Assembly (NCBI GenBank): GCA_963665295.1
Contig: OY762209.1
Span: 2,784,001-2,848,000, forward strand
Source of the DNA: Syntrophorhabdaceae bacterium
GTDB lineage: Bacteria > Desulfobacterota > Syntrophorhabdia > Syntrophorhabdales > Syntrophorhabdaceae
DNA length: 64,000 nucleotides
Reading direction: 5' to 3'
Shown in pieces: positions 1 through 10,304 of the stretch. A model generated the notes under the pieces. It worked only from the letters and a program-made list of their open reading frames with translations, searched no databases and was not told where the DNA came from. The position numbers were made by a program, and so were the translations under genes. Each line of letters opens with the position of its first letter. Position 1 is the first letter of the stretch.

Positions 1-166
1 TGCCACCCGCCCTGTGAGAAGACTCCCTCCCGAGGGCCCACCTCCGGGTGCGCCGGAATTGTGAGATCGGTTTCTCAACGTCCGGCCGAAAGTGTGCTAC
101 ACTATAATATAAAGGTGTTGCGGGTAACGGAATATGAGGTTCATTTAACGCGCGGAAGGTGACGGA

Positions 167-760
167 ATGAGCATAATCATAATCCCTGCAGGTCACATAA
201 TCGGAGAAACACTTCATATTCTCGCACGGGATGCGGGCGCCATACTGGACAAAGCGGCCCGTGTCGGCAAGGGCCTCCCCGACCCCGGCTATGGGCTGAA
301 TAGCAAGAGGGGGCAGTATTCCGCGGAGGCAATACTCTATGAGGTGTTTAAATCGAAAGAACGCGGTCCCCACGAAAGGGTCCTCGGGGTGGTGGACCAC
401 GACCTTTACGTACCGGAGTTCAACTTCGTTTTCGGCATTGCTCTGGGTAACTCGGCGTTGATATCGATGACCCGCCTCAGACCTGAGTTCTACGGGCTTG
501 AGCCTGACCCGCCCCTTTTTCGGAAGAGGCTCCTTACCGAAGCGGTTCATGAGTTGGGCCATACCTATGGAATGGGACATTGCGCGAACCCCTTCTGCGT
601 TATGTTTTTCTCCAATACCCTTAACGACACGGACAGGAAGGGGGTTGACTTCTGCGAGCCCTGCAGACACGCCCTGTCCTCCCGAAAAGAGCCGTCCACC
701 CTCGCTGAGGACGGATGGTTATTCATGAACTCTCCCTTTGCCTTTGCGCCGGCCTCCTGA
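167..760 (+). CDS. Archaemetzincin-family Zn metalloprotease (peptidase M54)
   Basis: EAVHELGHTYGMGHC..PFCVM metzincin motif plus Cys cluster (FCEPC). Confidence 0.9.
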   Translation: MSIIIIPAGHIIGETLHILARDAGAILDKAARVGKGLPDPGYGLNSKRGQYSAEAILYEVFKSKERGPHERVLGVVDHDLYVPEFNFVFGIALGNSALISMTRLRPEFYGLEPDPPLFRKRLLTEAVHELGHTYGMGHCANPFCVMFFSNTLNDTDRKGVDFCEPCRHALSSRKEPSTLAEDGWLFMNSPFAFAPAS

Positions 761-1942
761 GTAGCGGTATTCATACATGTGTTTCTGGAAAGCCTCCACC
801 GTCCTCATGGAGGCACGCAGTCTCTGTCTCTCTGCTTCATCGAGCATATCGGGATTTACATGGACAGCTTCCCGTTCTTCCGCCTCCCTGCACACTGTCT
901 GGGTGAAGAGCCTGAAGTTCATGAAAGAAAGGTAGGCGTCTTCGAGGTCCCTCTCCATCCCTGATGAAATGAGCCCTTCTTCTCTGAGGACGCGAATCCG
1001 GAGGAGGGTGTTCGTCTCCTCGATCCCATGGGAAAGAGAAAAGGCCCTTATACTCGTCACGAGGGGCGTCCATCCTCGGAGGCCCGCATGGAAGGTCCCC
1101 CTGTGGCGGCCCTCCGTCTCCCGCCTGAACCTGCCGAAGAGTCCCAGGGCCGTTTCGAAGAGGATCGCGGAGCGGACGAACCCTTTTATAATGGCTCCGT
1201 TTTTTCTCAGAGCGCCGAAAAGCTCGTTGAGGACGATGCGGGAAAGCCTCTGGTCGCCGCTCACCGGTCGTGCGTCCGCGAAAGCCATGATGTCGGAGGG
1301 CCTCAAAGGGCCTCGCCCGAGGTGCATCGACTCACGTATCTTCTTCTTCCAATCCTCCACCGAGCCCGTCCTTTCACGGGGCGAGAAGGGTCCGGTTGTC
1401 TCGCAGGCTCCCAACCCCACGGCGGAAAGCCTTTCCGCCATCCTTTGGGAGAGCTCCCGGTAATAAGGGGTGGACCGGGTCCTGCGGCCCGGTCCGTTGG
1501 TTCCCCCGGCAGCCTCCGGGGGACGGTTATGTTTGGGCGTCGTTATTTCCGCATCATTGCGGTCATCGTGGACGATGATGTTGATTTGCCTTCCGGCAAG
1601 GGTTTCCTCGCGCCGTCCCGCGGACCCGAGACTCATCCAGGCGTATGGGGCCGGGGGCGGGCCGAAGCCGTCCCGGTCCATCTCGTGCTCGACGACATCG
1701 AGAAGCCTCGTGGTTATCCTGTCTCTCGTGGTGGTGAGGAGCGCATGAATTCCGGGCGCCCCATTGCGTCTCAGGACCAGGTCCCGGGCTTGGCGGAGGG
1801 CCGCGTCATGGTGTCTCTGTAAGGCCTGACAGACATTCATCTTCTCAACGTCCTCCGCAGAGAACCCGGGACCCGGCATCGGCCCTTCACTTGCCGGTAC
1901 GGAGGGCCCGGTTCTCTTCTTCAGCAAAAGAGGCATGGTCAT
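719..1942 (-). CDS. DUF294/DUF294_C nucleotidyltransferase-like protein, no CBS/cNMP domains
   Basis: PAPYAWMSLGSAGRREE, DARPVSGD, LGLFGRF, ETNTLLRI motifs; start set at MTMPLL because the longer ORF overlaps the MFS gene. Confidence 0.75.
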   Translation of the reverse strand: MTMPLLLKKRTGPSVPASEGPMPGPGFSAEDVEKMNVCQALQRHHDAALRQARDLVLRRNGAPGIHALLTTTRDRITTRLLDVVEHEMDRDGFGPPPAPYAWMSLGSAGRREETLAGRQINIIVHDDRNDAEITTPKHNRPPEAAGGTNGPGRRTRSTPYYRELSQRMAERLSAVGLGACETTGPFSPRERTGSVEDWKKKIRESMHLGRGPLRPSDIMAFADARPVSGDQRLSRIVLNELFGALRKNGAIIKGFVRSAILFETALGLFGRFRRETEGRHRGTFHAGLRGWTPLVTSIRAFSLSHGIEETNTLLRIRVLREEGLISSGMERDLEDAYLSFMNFRLFTQTVCREAEEREAVHVNPDMLDEAERQRLRASMRTVEAFQKHMYEYRYSGGRRKGKGRVHE

Positions 1943-1956
1943 TCTCCGAACCGGCG

Positions 1957-3189
1957 TCAGACGGTTTTGAAACCTTTCCGCAGGACCAGTGAACTGAAAG
2001 TGCCGACAAGGGAGACAAGGGCGGACAGAAGAAAGGCATTGGTGAAGGTCCCGGTGGAATCCTTCAGCCATCCGCCCACAAAGGGTCCGAGGGCCTGACC
2101 GATCCCGAAAAAGAGGGTGATGAAGCCGAGCCCGGCCGGTGCGAGCCTTCCTCCCACTGCGTCGCCCGCGGCGGCGGCCATGATCACGGGTACCGCAAAG
2201 GCGGTAATGCCGAAAAGGGCCGCGGAAATATAAAAACCGACACTGCTTTTGGTGAAAGCGAGGATGAAGTAGGAAATGGTGAGGGTCAGGTAGGCAAGCA
2301 TGGAGCCGTACCTTCTTCCTACCACGTCTGAAATGCCTCCCCATACAACCCCGCAGAATATACTGACCATGCCGAGAACGGCAAATATCTGTCCGGCTTT
2401 CGCAGGGGGAATGCCCACCTCTTTGTTAAGGTATGCGATAATGAAGGTGAGGTAGATTATGTAAGAGAACCCGTACATGAGATAGACCATTCCAAGCTTC
2501 CACAGTTCCGCCTCGCCCAACACGTCTCTCCAGACGGCGAACATGGTGGGGGCAGGCGCTGCCTTGGGCTCCTCCCCGCCGTCGAGCATGGGAGCCCCAT
2601 AGGCGGTAAGGCCCTTCTCTCTCGGATTATCCCTCAGAAGCGCATAGCAGAGGAGAGAAAGGAGACATGCGGCGGCGCCCATTACGAACCATGCGTACCT
2701 CCAGCCTTCAACGCCGTAGCGGGAAAGGAAATAGGGGAGAATGATCCCCGCGAGAGAAAGACCTACCCCTATTCCCATAATGACGATCCCGATGGCAAGC
2801 CCCCTCTTCCTGGTGGCAAACCACGCAGCCGGGAGGGCCATGATCGGGACGAAACTTCCTCCGTTGCCGAGGCCCGTGATCAGCCTCGTGGTAAAGGCAT
2901 AGGAAAAGGAATTGGCGAAGCCCGTGAGAAAGATGCTGACCCCCAATATGATGAGAGAAACGAATACGACCTTCCTTACCCCGAAGCGGGCGGCAAGAAA
3001 TCCGCCCACGATAGACAGGACCATGTATCCGATGAAGTTCCCGGTCCCGATGAGACCAAGCTGCGTATAAGAGAAGGAAAGTCCGTCCCTCATGGCAGGA
3101 AGAAGAACAGAATAGGACATCCGGCCAAATCCGTGGGCGAGAAGCACCACAAGGGCCCCTGTAGCAGCGATAATCCAAGCATAATGCAT
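1957..3189 (-). CDS. MFS transporter (YbfB/YjiJ-like)
   Basis: ~12 hydrophobic segments; GFGRMSY and GGISDVVGRR motifs; GGGAGG RBS. Confidence 0.9.
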   Translation of the reverse strand: MHYAWIIAATGALVVLLAHGFGRMSYSVLLPAMRDGLSFSYTQLGLIGTGNFIGYMVLSIVGGFLAARFGVRKVVFVSLIILGVSIFLTGFANSFSYAFTTRLITGLGNGGSFVPIMALPAAWFATRKRGLAIGIVIMGIGVGLSLAGIILPYFLSRYGVEGWRYAWFVMGAAACLLSLLCYALLRDNPREKGLTAYGAPMLDGGEEPKAAPAPTMFAVWRDVLGEAELWKLGMVYLMYGFSYIIYLTFIIAYLNKEVGIPPAKAGQIFAVLGMVSIFCGVVWGGISDVVGRRYGSMLAYLTLTISYFILAFTKSSVGFYISAALFGITAFAVPVIMAAAAGDAVGGRLAPAGLGFITLFFGIGQALGPFVGGWLKDSTGTFTNAFLLSALVSLVGTFSSLVLRKGFKTV

Positions 3190-3307
3190 ACGTGTACCTC
3201 CCTATTGGTTTAATTCCGTATACAAACAATCGGAGTTGAGGCCAATGATAGCACATAGCTTCGACAAGAAAACGACAGGAATATGCTACAAAAATGATAA
3301 CGTCGCA

Positions 3308-3347
3308 CTACCATTGGAATGGTAGGTTTCTGACAAGTAAATGGTAG
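3308..3347. promoter_or_regulatory. Palindromic operator CTACCATT-GG-AATGGTAG plus an extra half-site (LuxR/NarL-type)
   Basis: Perfect 8-2-8 inverted repeat at 3308-3325 and AATGGTAG again at 3340-3347, upstream of the MFS gene. Confidence 0.55.
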
Positions 3348-3357
3348 GTAGGCCCTA

Positions 3358-5400
3358 CTATTGTGGGAAGGAGGACATGAGGTAGGTCCTCAGATTGACC
3401 TTTACACTGTTTAATCCGAGCTTGTTCCTGAGGTGCTGACGATGAAGGTTTATCGCGCTTACCGATACGCCCAGCATATCGGCGATTTCCTTCACTGTCT
3501 TTCCATCCCTTATGAGATGGGCCACCTTTATCTCCGCGGGGGTGAAGTTGATATTGATGGAAGTCATTTGATGCACAAAAGGTGACATGATGTTTTTCAG
3601 ATTTGCCTCGAGCACTCCGAGGTAGGACCGGAGCCGGGCATCCAGCCGGAATTGCTTCAGTTTATCTATGTAGGGGAAGACAAGCTCTTTGGAGTTGTGG
3701 AGGATCTTCTGCTCCAGTTCTTCCCGGTCCATTTCCCTTTGCTGGAGCAATACCCTCAGGGCGGCGTTCGCGTCTTCGAGGGCAAGGGACTTGTTTCTCA
3801 ATTCCTCCTCGTACTCTTTCCGCTTGGTAATATCCCGGATGATCCCCTGGAGTATGGGTTTTCCTTCGAGTTCGATGCAGTTGAGGCTCACCTCGGCGTC
3901 AAATACGGTCCCGTCCGGGCGGCAGTGTTTCCATTCAAAGAACTGTAACCGGCCGCGCATGGCCGCCCTTATCTTCGCGGCGGCTTTCTCGCTCGACTCA
4001 CTCCCGTCAGGCTGCAAAGGAGGCGAAAACGCATAGGGTCTCCGGCCGACGAACTGGCCCTTCGTGCAGCGGAACATCTTGAGGGTCTTGCTGTTGCAGT
4101 CCACGCACCGGTCGTTTCTCATGAGAAAGATCGCGTCGTTCGAGGACTCGAAAAGGGTCCTGTATTTGAGTTCTCCATCTCTGAGCGCCTTTTCCGCTTC
4201 GTTGCGCTCCGTGATGTCTCTCATAAAACCCCACATTTCCTCCGGGTTGCCGTCCTCGTCCCTCTTGAGGTGCGCCCTCACCTCGACAGGGAAGACCACG
4301 CCGTCCTTCCTGATATATTCCTTTTCATAGACGTCGGAGTAACCCCTTTTCATCACCTGCTTCGCCACGATCTTATCCTCGAAGACATGCCACTCGGCGG
4401 GGGTAATGGCGTCGTAGGTCATTTCGGAAAGCTCTTCCCGGCTGTAGCCGACCATGGCCTGAAAGGAGGGGTTCGCCTCGGTGATCTTTCTTTCCATGTT
4501 TACTGCGGCGAACCCGTCACGGAGGTTTTCGAATAACCCATGGTACCTTTTCTCGGAGTTTTTGAGGGCCTCTTCAGTCCTTTTCCGCTCTGTATTATCG
4601 AGAAACGTCCCTATTACGGCAGGCTTTCCCCGGTAGGTGGTGCTGGAGCTATAGACTTCAACGTTCCTGATTTCACCGTTCTTCCTCACTGTTCTGAATT
4701 CGGAATAGAAGGACTGGACCTCCCCCGCGATTCTTCTCTGTATGTATTCCTCCACCGCGGGCCAGTCTTCGGGCAGAACAATATCCCTGGGGCCGAGTTT
4801 GCGGGTGATCTCTTCCGTCGTATATCCCTGTATCTCCGCGAGGCGTGAATTGACATAGAGAAAGACACCGTCCTGAAGGAGATACATGCCGACGGGCGCC
4901 TTTTCCGCCAGGTCTCTGAATTTGTTTTCCGATTCGCGGAGTTGCCCTGTCCTCCTTTCGACTTCCGCTTCCAGGGCATGGGCGTAACCCTCGGTCTCCC
5001 GCTCGTGGAGGAGCTGGAAGTATTCGGTAAACCTCCGAATCGTATAGCTGAGGCAAAGGTTGAGCCCGTCAAGGCGGCCGACGAGCGCATCGCGGTCCAG
5101 GGTCTTCACAAGGAGAGGCATGAGGATGGACCTGTAAAGTTCGAAGGCCTTCTGAACATCGGAGAGAGAAAAGGCCGCCCGGGACCGGACCCTCCCCATC
5201 TTCTTGATAAAGGTATCTATTCTGGAGTGGTCTCCATTCACGAGGACCTCGAAGTTCGCGTCCGCAGCCTCCGACACGGCGGCCGCGACCTCTTCGATGG
5301 GGCGGGCGGCGAAGCAGGGGCTTACCTCTGTGCGCAGCCGCCGCGTCCACTCGTCTACGACGTGGTTTTTATGAAGAATGAGTATTTCCGCGATATCCAA
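3358..5400 (-). CDS. RsbRD_N + 3xPAS + LuxR HTH transcriptional regulator
   Basis: Repeated PAS/PAC units (DITERK-like ends); C-terminal FTPAEIKVAHLIRDGKTVKEIA..HRQHLRNKLGL. Confidence 0.9.
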   Translation of the reverse strand: MDIAEILILHKNHVVDEWTRRLRTEVSPCFAARPIEEVAAAVSEAADANFEVLVNGDHSRIDTFIKKMGRVRSRAAFSLSDVQKAFELYRSILMPLLVKTLDRDALVGRLDGLNLCLSYTIRRFTEYFQLLHERETEGYAHALEAEVERRTGQLRESENKFRDLAEKAPVGMYLLQDGVFLYVNSRLAEIQGYTTEEITRKLGPRDIVLPEDWPAVEEYIQRRIAGEVQSFYSEFRTVRKNGEIRNVEVYSSSTTYRGKPAVIGTFLDNTERKRTEEALKNSEKRYHGLFENLRDGFAAVNMERKITEANPSFQAMVGYSREELSEMTYDAITPAEWHVFEDKIVAKQVMKRGYSDVYEKEYIRKDGVVFPVEVRAHLKRDEDGNPEEMWGFMRDITERNEAEKALRDGELKYRTLFESSNDAIFLMRNDRCVDCNSKTLKMFRCTKGQFVGRRPYAFSPPLQPDGSESSEKAAAKIRAAMRGRLQFFEWKHCRPDGTVFDAEVSLNCIELEGKPILQGIIRDITKRKEYEEELRNKSLALEDANAALRVLLQQREMDREELEQKILHNSKELVFPYIDKLKQFRLDARLRSYLGVLEANLKNIMSPFVHQMTSININFTPAEIKVAHLIRDGKTVKEIADMLGVSVSAINLHRQHLRNKLGLNSVKVNLRTYLMSSFPQ

Positions 5401-5453
5401 ATCAGGGACCTTTCGGGAGTCTTACGTGAAAGAGGGAAGGCAGCCGGGGGACC

Positions 5454-6983
5454 TCATCCGTCGAGGACCTCTCTTACTTTCCTTAAAAGCTGGTGCGGCG
5501 AAAGGGGCTTCGATATGAAATTGAACCCCTTGTCGTTGATACCCTTATTGAGGACAACATCTCGCGTATACCCGCTCATGAAGAGGGTTTTTACGTGGGG
5601 CGACCGGCGCTGGATGACGTCGTACGCCGCTCTTCCGTTCATTTTCGGCATGACGGAATCGAGAACCAGAAGGTCGATATTGTCGTGTTCCCCGTATTTA
5701 CGGACGGCATCGGCGCCGTCCACCGCTTCTATTACGGAGTACCCATGCTGGGTAAGTATACTGCTCATGAGCTGTCTCACATTCTGGTTATCTTCCGCCA
5801 CAAGTATGGTTTCGCTCCCTCTTTTGGCTTCAGGAGGAGGTTCGGTTATCTGTTCGTGGTCCACCGCCGCCGCGGGGAAATAGACGCGGAAGGTGGTCCC
5901 CCGGTTCGGCTTGCTGTATACGTTTATATACCCGTGGTGATGCTTCACGATGCCGTACACGATAGAGAGACCGAGGCCGGTGCCTTTCCCCACCTCCTTG
6001 GTGGTGAAGAAGGGCTCGAAGATCTTCTCCTTTGTCGTGTCGTCCATGCCTGTGCCCGTATCGGACACGGTGATGGAAACATAGTCCCCCGGTGTGCCGT
6101 ATCCGCGAAGATCCGCGGTTTGGCGGTCCAATCTGACAAGGTCTGTTTTCAGGGTCAGGACGCCGCCCGCGGGCATGGCGTCTCTCGCATTTGTGGCGAG
6201 ATTGATGAGCATCTGATGGATCTGGGTCGCATCGCCCATTATCACGGGACCTTGGGGAGCGGTGCGGGTTTCAAGGAAGATATCCTCCGAAAGAAGTCGC
6301 TTCAGCAACACTTTCGTGTCTTCAATAACGTCATTTACCGCGAGAGGGACAAGTGTCATCGGTTGGTGTCTGCTGAAGGCGAGCAAACTTCGCGTAAGGT
6401 CGGCTGCCTTTTGCGAAGAAGAGAGTATATGGTCCACGTAGGTGCACAGAGGATCTCCATCATGCATCTGTCCGCGAAGGAGGGTGCTGTACCCGATCAC
6501 CGCCGTGAGGATATTGTTGAAATCATGTGCGATGCCTCCCGCAAGGGTCCCGATGGCTTCCATTTTCTGGGCCTGATGGAGGTGAGATTCAAGGCGCTTC
6601 CTGTCTGTTACATCCTCCAGGGAAACCACAAACGAATGGGTGTCCATGGGTGTCAACCTCAGGAGACCGTCTATTTTCGAGCCGTCCTTCCGGATGACCT
6701 TCATCTCGTGCCAGCCCCTGCGGTAAAGGATATCACCCAGGGTCCTGTATTCTTCGTCGTTCCCGTACAGCATGCGCGTATTGTGCCCCACGAGTTCGTG
6801 GCAGGCATATCCTGTCATGCGGCAGGCGGACTCACTGACCCATTGGAAGACACGGTTGCGGATCCTGAATATCCCCACCGGGGACGCGGAAAGTATTGCC
6901 TGGAGGAAATTTCTGGAGTCTTCCCTTTCTTCCTGCGCTTTTTTCAACATGGCAATATCAGGGGCAGTGCCGTTAGTTTCCAT
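5454..6983 (-). CDS. PAS hybrid histidine kinase/receiver (CckA-like)
   Basis: [11 protein letters not shown]-box, N/G1/F/G2 boxes, C-terminal receiver; AAGGAGG RBS before METNG. Confidence 0.93.
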   Translation of the reverse strand: METNGTAPDIAMLKKAQEEREDSRNFLQAILSASPVGIFRIRNRVFQWVSESACRMTGYACHELVGHNTRMLYGNDEEYRTLGDILYRRGWHEMKVIRKDGSKIDGLLRLTPMDTHSFVVSLEDVTDRKRLESHLHQAQKMEAIGTLAGGIAHDFNNILTAVIGYSTLLRGQMHDGDPLCTYVDHILSSSQKAADLTRSLLAFSRHQPMTLVPLAVNDVIEDTKVLLKRLLSEDIFLETRTAPQGPVIMGDATQIHQMLINLATNARDAMPAGGVLTLKTDLVRLDRQTADLRGYGTPGDYVSITVSDTGTGMDDTTKEKIFEPFFTTKEVGKGTGLGLSIVYGIVKHHHGYINVYSKPNRGTTFRVYFPAAAVDHEQITEPPPEAKRGSETILVAEDNQNVRQLMSSILTQHGYSVIEAVDGADAVRKYGEHDNIDLLVLDSVMPKMNGRAAYDVIQRRSPHVKTLFMSGYTRDVVLNKGINDKGFNFISKPLSPHQLLRKVREVLDG

Positions 6984-7196
6984 GGGGCCTCCTTTCGCCG
7001 GCGGCAAGGCCGGACGTGATGTTACCCTCCGAGGTTAAGGAAGAGAAGGTGGACCGATAAAATGCCTACCCGTTTGCCTTGAACAGGGTCCGTCCGCCTT
7101 CGACGCCGCAACCTCTCGCCTGTACTGTGATCTTCCCGCCGGCCCCGTCTGTGTCTGTCCGGACCCCGGCAAGACGTCGATTGTTGGCGGGGGGTT

Positions 7197-7224
7197 CTTC
7201 CCGGACCTGTTACGGTCCGGGAAG
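7197..7224. terminator. 11-bp hairpin (possible terminator or operator)
   Basis: CTTCCCGGACC-TGTTAC-GGTCCGGGAAG. Confidence 0.35.
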
Positions 7225-7507
7225 TAATGGAACGGTTCAATATATAACGTACAGACGTACGGAAGAAGAAGTAAGCGGGCAAATTATAGACAGAAAGAAA
7301 GGTGGTTTTCCATATCAATTAATCACGTACCTAATACCTAGCTACAATAGGCATACATGAAGGGGACGAAATGCCGGTCCTGCCGGTTTATAAGGTTATC
7401 CCTGCAACGTCTGTCTGTACCATGGGCGGGGTTTGACCGTTCCCGGTATGAGGCGGGTTGGTTGCGGAAACGAGGAAAAGGTTTTGAAGGTGGTTGCCGG
7501 GAGGATA

Positions 7508-7585
7508 TGGTCGGGGCGACTGGATTTGAACCAGCGACTTCTTGCTCCCAAAGCAAGCGCGCTAGCCATGCTGCGCCACGCCCCG
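7508..7585 (-). tRNA. tRNA-Pro (anticodon TGG)
   Basis: Reverse complement CGGGGCGTGGCGCAG...CTTGC-TTTGGGA-GCAAG...GGTTCAAATCC...CGCCCCGACCA; encoded CCA. Confidence 0.97.
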
Positions 7586-7651
7586 ATTTGATGAATGTAG
7601 CATATATGTGCCTGTTTTGCAACCGTAATTCCCGAATCGGGAAAGACGGGG

Positions 7652-7984
7652 ATGCGTTTTGGGTTGCAAAGGGCGGTAAATCGTGGAAGACTGATAACCG
7701 TGGACTTTCCTCTCAAAGCGAACCCGCCGGCATCAGGGCGGTACGTACTCCTCGTGGTCATGGCGATGTTGCTTTTCTGTAATGCCGGTTGCGGCAAAGG
7801 CCCTGATGCCGGCCCTCCCGGAGCTCGTGAGGACAGGACCTCGGTGTCGGCAGGCAAATTGTTTCGTGGCGGCTCGACTTCAGGCACATTGTCGGGAGGA
7901 GGAAAAGAAACCGGGGCTGAAGCCGATGACCAGGAGCAGGACGGAGACGGAGAAGAAAGGGACCTCTCATCCGATGAACCTTAG
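7652..7984 (+). CDS. Possible small lipoprotein with acidic tail
   Basis: Hydrophobic stretch followed by NAGC lipobox-like motif; start uncertain. Confidence 0.3.
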   Translation: MRFGLQRAVNRGRLITVDFPLKANPPASGRYVLLVVMAMLLFCNAGCGKGPDAGPPGAREDRTSVSAGKLFRGGSTSGTLSGGGKETGAEADDQEQDGDGEERDLSSDEP

Positions 7985-8089
7985 GGGATTTTACCGCGCC
8001 TTGCCGAACCCGCCCTTGTTTTGCCTGTCTTCAGGGGTTATGAGGCCGGGGACGCTCCGGCTACGGTGGCGCCCGCTTATCGGCGGGCA

Positions 8090-8118
8090 TTGACTTTTGC
8101 CGTGATTCGAGCCACAAT
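8090..8118 (+). promoter_or_regulatory. Sigma70-like promoter of the ahbC operon (predicted leaderless)
   Basis: TTGACT-N17-CACAAT, then 6 nt to ATG 8125; no SD sequence. Confidence 0.55.
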
Positions 8119-8124
8119 ATCGGC

Positions 8125-9306
8125 ATGATTGGAATATCTAAACTCTATTGCGGCGCGGTTGAGGCTTCGGACCCTTTACGCTATAACAGGGACTCCCGGC
8201 AGCTTCCTTCTCATTTACTGCAGTTCTCGAAAGACAAGAAGCCCGTGGTGGTGTGGAACACTACCAAAAGGTGCAACCTCAAATGCGTTCATTGCTACGC
8301 CTTCGCTGAAGGGGAAGGGCAGAGAAAGGGAGAGCTTTCCACGGAGGAAGGGAAACGCCTCCTCGATGACCTCGCCGGGTTCGGCGTCCCTGTGATCCTC
8401 TTTTCCGGCGGCGAGCCTCTGCTCAGGGAGGATTTGCCGGAGCTTATCGATTACGCGGTGAAGAAGGGCATGCGGGCGGTCATCTCGACCAACGGCACCC
8501 TCATCACAGAGGAGAAAGCTCGCATCTTTTCAAAGTTTTCCCTCTCCTATATCGGCGTGAGCCTGGACGGGATAGGCGCGGTGAACGACTCTTTCAGGGG
8601 CGTGGAAGGGGCATATGACAAGGCGATTGCCGGTATAAGGAATGCCAAGAAGGAGGGGATAAAGGTAGGCCTTCGTTTTACCATAAACAAACGAAATTTC
8701 AGAGAGATTCCGGCGGTTTTCGACCTCATCGAGAAAGAAGGGATCGAGCGGGCTTGTTTCTACCACCTCGTATATGCGGGCCGGGGTTCAAAGCTTATAG
8801 AAGAAGACCTCTCCCACGAGGAAACGAGGGAAACAGTCGAATACATTCTCGAGCGAACGAGATATTCCTTTGACAGGGGAAAGCCGATAGAAGTGCTCAC
8901 TGTCGATAATCATGCGGACGGGCCCTTCATTTACCTCAAGCTTCTCGAAGAGGACAGGGAGCGGGCGGAAGAGGTTTATGAGCTTCTCATGATGAACGAG
9001 GGCAATGCCTCCGGCGTGGGGATCGGATGCATCGACGAGGAGGGAAACGTCCATGCGGACCAGTTCTGGAGACACCATTCCTTCGGTAATGTGAGAAGCA
9101 AGCCTTTCAGCCGGATATGGACGGATATGGATGAGCCGCTCATGGCGAAACTGAAACAGAAAAAGCACCACGTAAAGGGAAGATGTTCCCGGTGCCGGTG
9201 GCTCGACATTTGTGCGGGCAACTTCAGGGTAAGAGCCGAGGCGAAGACCGGAGATATATGGGCGGAAGATCCTCAGTGCTACCTCACTGAGGAAGAGATC
9301 GCCTGA
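8125..9306 (+). CDS. ahbC: Radical SAM/SPASM Fe-coproporphyrin III synthase (alternative heme pathway)
   Basis: MIGISKLYCG N-terminus, CNLKCVHC, GNFRVRAE; next to hemB. Confidence 0.92.
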   Translation: MIGISKLYCGAVEASDPLRYNRDSRQLPSHLLQFSKDKKPVVVWNTTKRCNLKCVHCYAFAEGEGQRKGELSTEEGKRLLDDLAGFGVPVILFSGGEPLLREDLPELIDYAVKKGMRAVISTNGTLITEEKARIFSKFSLSYIGVSLDGIGAVNDSFRGVEGAYDKAIAGIRNAKKEGIKVGLRFTINKRNFREIPAVFDLIEKEGIERACFYHLVYAGRGSKLIEEDLSHEETRETVEYILERTRYSFDRGKPIEVLTVDNHADGPFIYLKLLEEDRERAEEVYELLMMNEGNASGVGIGCIDEEGNVHADQFWRHHSFGNVRSKPFSRIWTDMDEPLMAKLKQKKHHVKGRCSRCRWLDICAGNFRVRAEAKTGDIWAEDPQCYLTEEEIA

Positions 9307-9311
9307 GGAGG

Positions 9312-10304
9312 GTGTCCATGCCGTTTCCCGCGCACCGACCGAGAAGACTGAGAAAGAACGAGAAACTGAGGGGTATGATCCGGGAAACGGACATTACTCC
9401 TGAACACCTCGTGTACCCCCTGTTCGTGAAGGAAATGACGCAGGATAAGGTTGCCATACCGTCCATGCCCGGCATCTTCCAATTTTCCGTGGAAGGGCTT
9501 ATGCGGGAAGTGGAAGAGGTGGCAGGGCTCTCCATACCTGCAATCCTTCTTTTTGGTATCCCCGAAAACAAGGACGAAATGGGCAGCGGCGCCTACGATG
9601 AGGGAGGAGTGGTCCAGAGGGCCACCAGGGCGATCAAGAAACTTTTTGGCGATGATATCCTCGTTATCACGGATGTATGCATGTGCGAGTATACGAGCCA
9701 TGGCCATTGCGGCGTGATAAAGGACGGAACCGTCGATAACGACGAGACCCTGAAGCTTCTTTCCCGGAGCGCTCTGTCCCATGCCGCTGCCGGAGCGGAC
9801 ATGGTCGCTCCTTCCGACATGATGGACGGAAGGGTGAGGGCTATCAGGCAGGCCCTTGACGGGGGCGGTTATTCCGATGTCCCCATCATGAGCTATGCGG
9901 CCAAATATGCGTCGAGCCTTTACGGACCCTTCAGGGATGCGGCGGAATCGGCGCCTCAGTACGGCGACCGGCGCGGGTACCAGATGGACCCCCCTAACCA
10001 GAGGGAAGCCCTTCGCGAGATCAGCCTCGACATAGAAGAAGGCGCGGACATTATCATGGTAAAGCCCGCCCTTTTCTACCTCGATGTTCTTTCCATGGCG
10101 AGAAGGGCTTTCGATCTGCCCCTTGCCGCATACTCGGTAAGCGGTGAATACAGTATGATAAAGATCGTTGCGTCAAAAGGGCATCTCGACCTCAGGAGGA
10201 CGGTACTTGAATCCACCCTGAGTATAAGAAGGGCAGGGGCCGACATTGTCATCACATATTTCGCAAAGGACCTCGGAAAATGGTTGAAAGAGAATTCCCT
10301 CTGA
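9312..10304 (+). CDS. hemB: Porphobilinogen synthase
   Basis: DVCMCEYTSHGHCG, APSDMMDGR, IMVKPA. Confidence 0.97.
   Translation: MSMPFPAHRPRRLRKNEKLRGMIRETDITPEHLVYPLFVKEMTQDKVAIPSMPGIFQFSVEGLMREVEEVAGLSIPAILLFGIPENKDEMGSGAYDEGGVVQRATRAIKKLFGDDILVITDVCMCEYTSHGHCGVIKDGTVDNDETLKLLSRSALSHAAAGADMVAPSDMMDGRVRAIRQALDGGGYSDVPIMSYAAKYASSLYGPFRDAAESAPQYGDRRGYQMDPPNQREALREISLDIEEGADIIMVKPALFYLDVLSMARRAFDLPLAAYSVSGEYSMIKIVASKGHLDLRRTVLESTLSIRRAGADIVITYFAKDLGKWLKENSL

Noticed and set aside
1943..2344. N-terminal extension of the 541-aa ORF
   Set aside because: Overlaps the MFS gene in another frame; not protein-like
5493..7019. 508-aa plus-strand ORF and many similar long antisense ORFs
   Set aside because: Shadows of well-supported opposite-strand genes in GC-rich DNA; no recognisable motifs
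7508..7585. tRNA-Pro as an integration site for an island
   Set aside because: No integrase and no duplicated tRNA 3' end seen in the window
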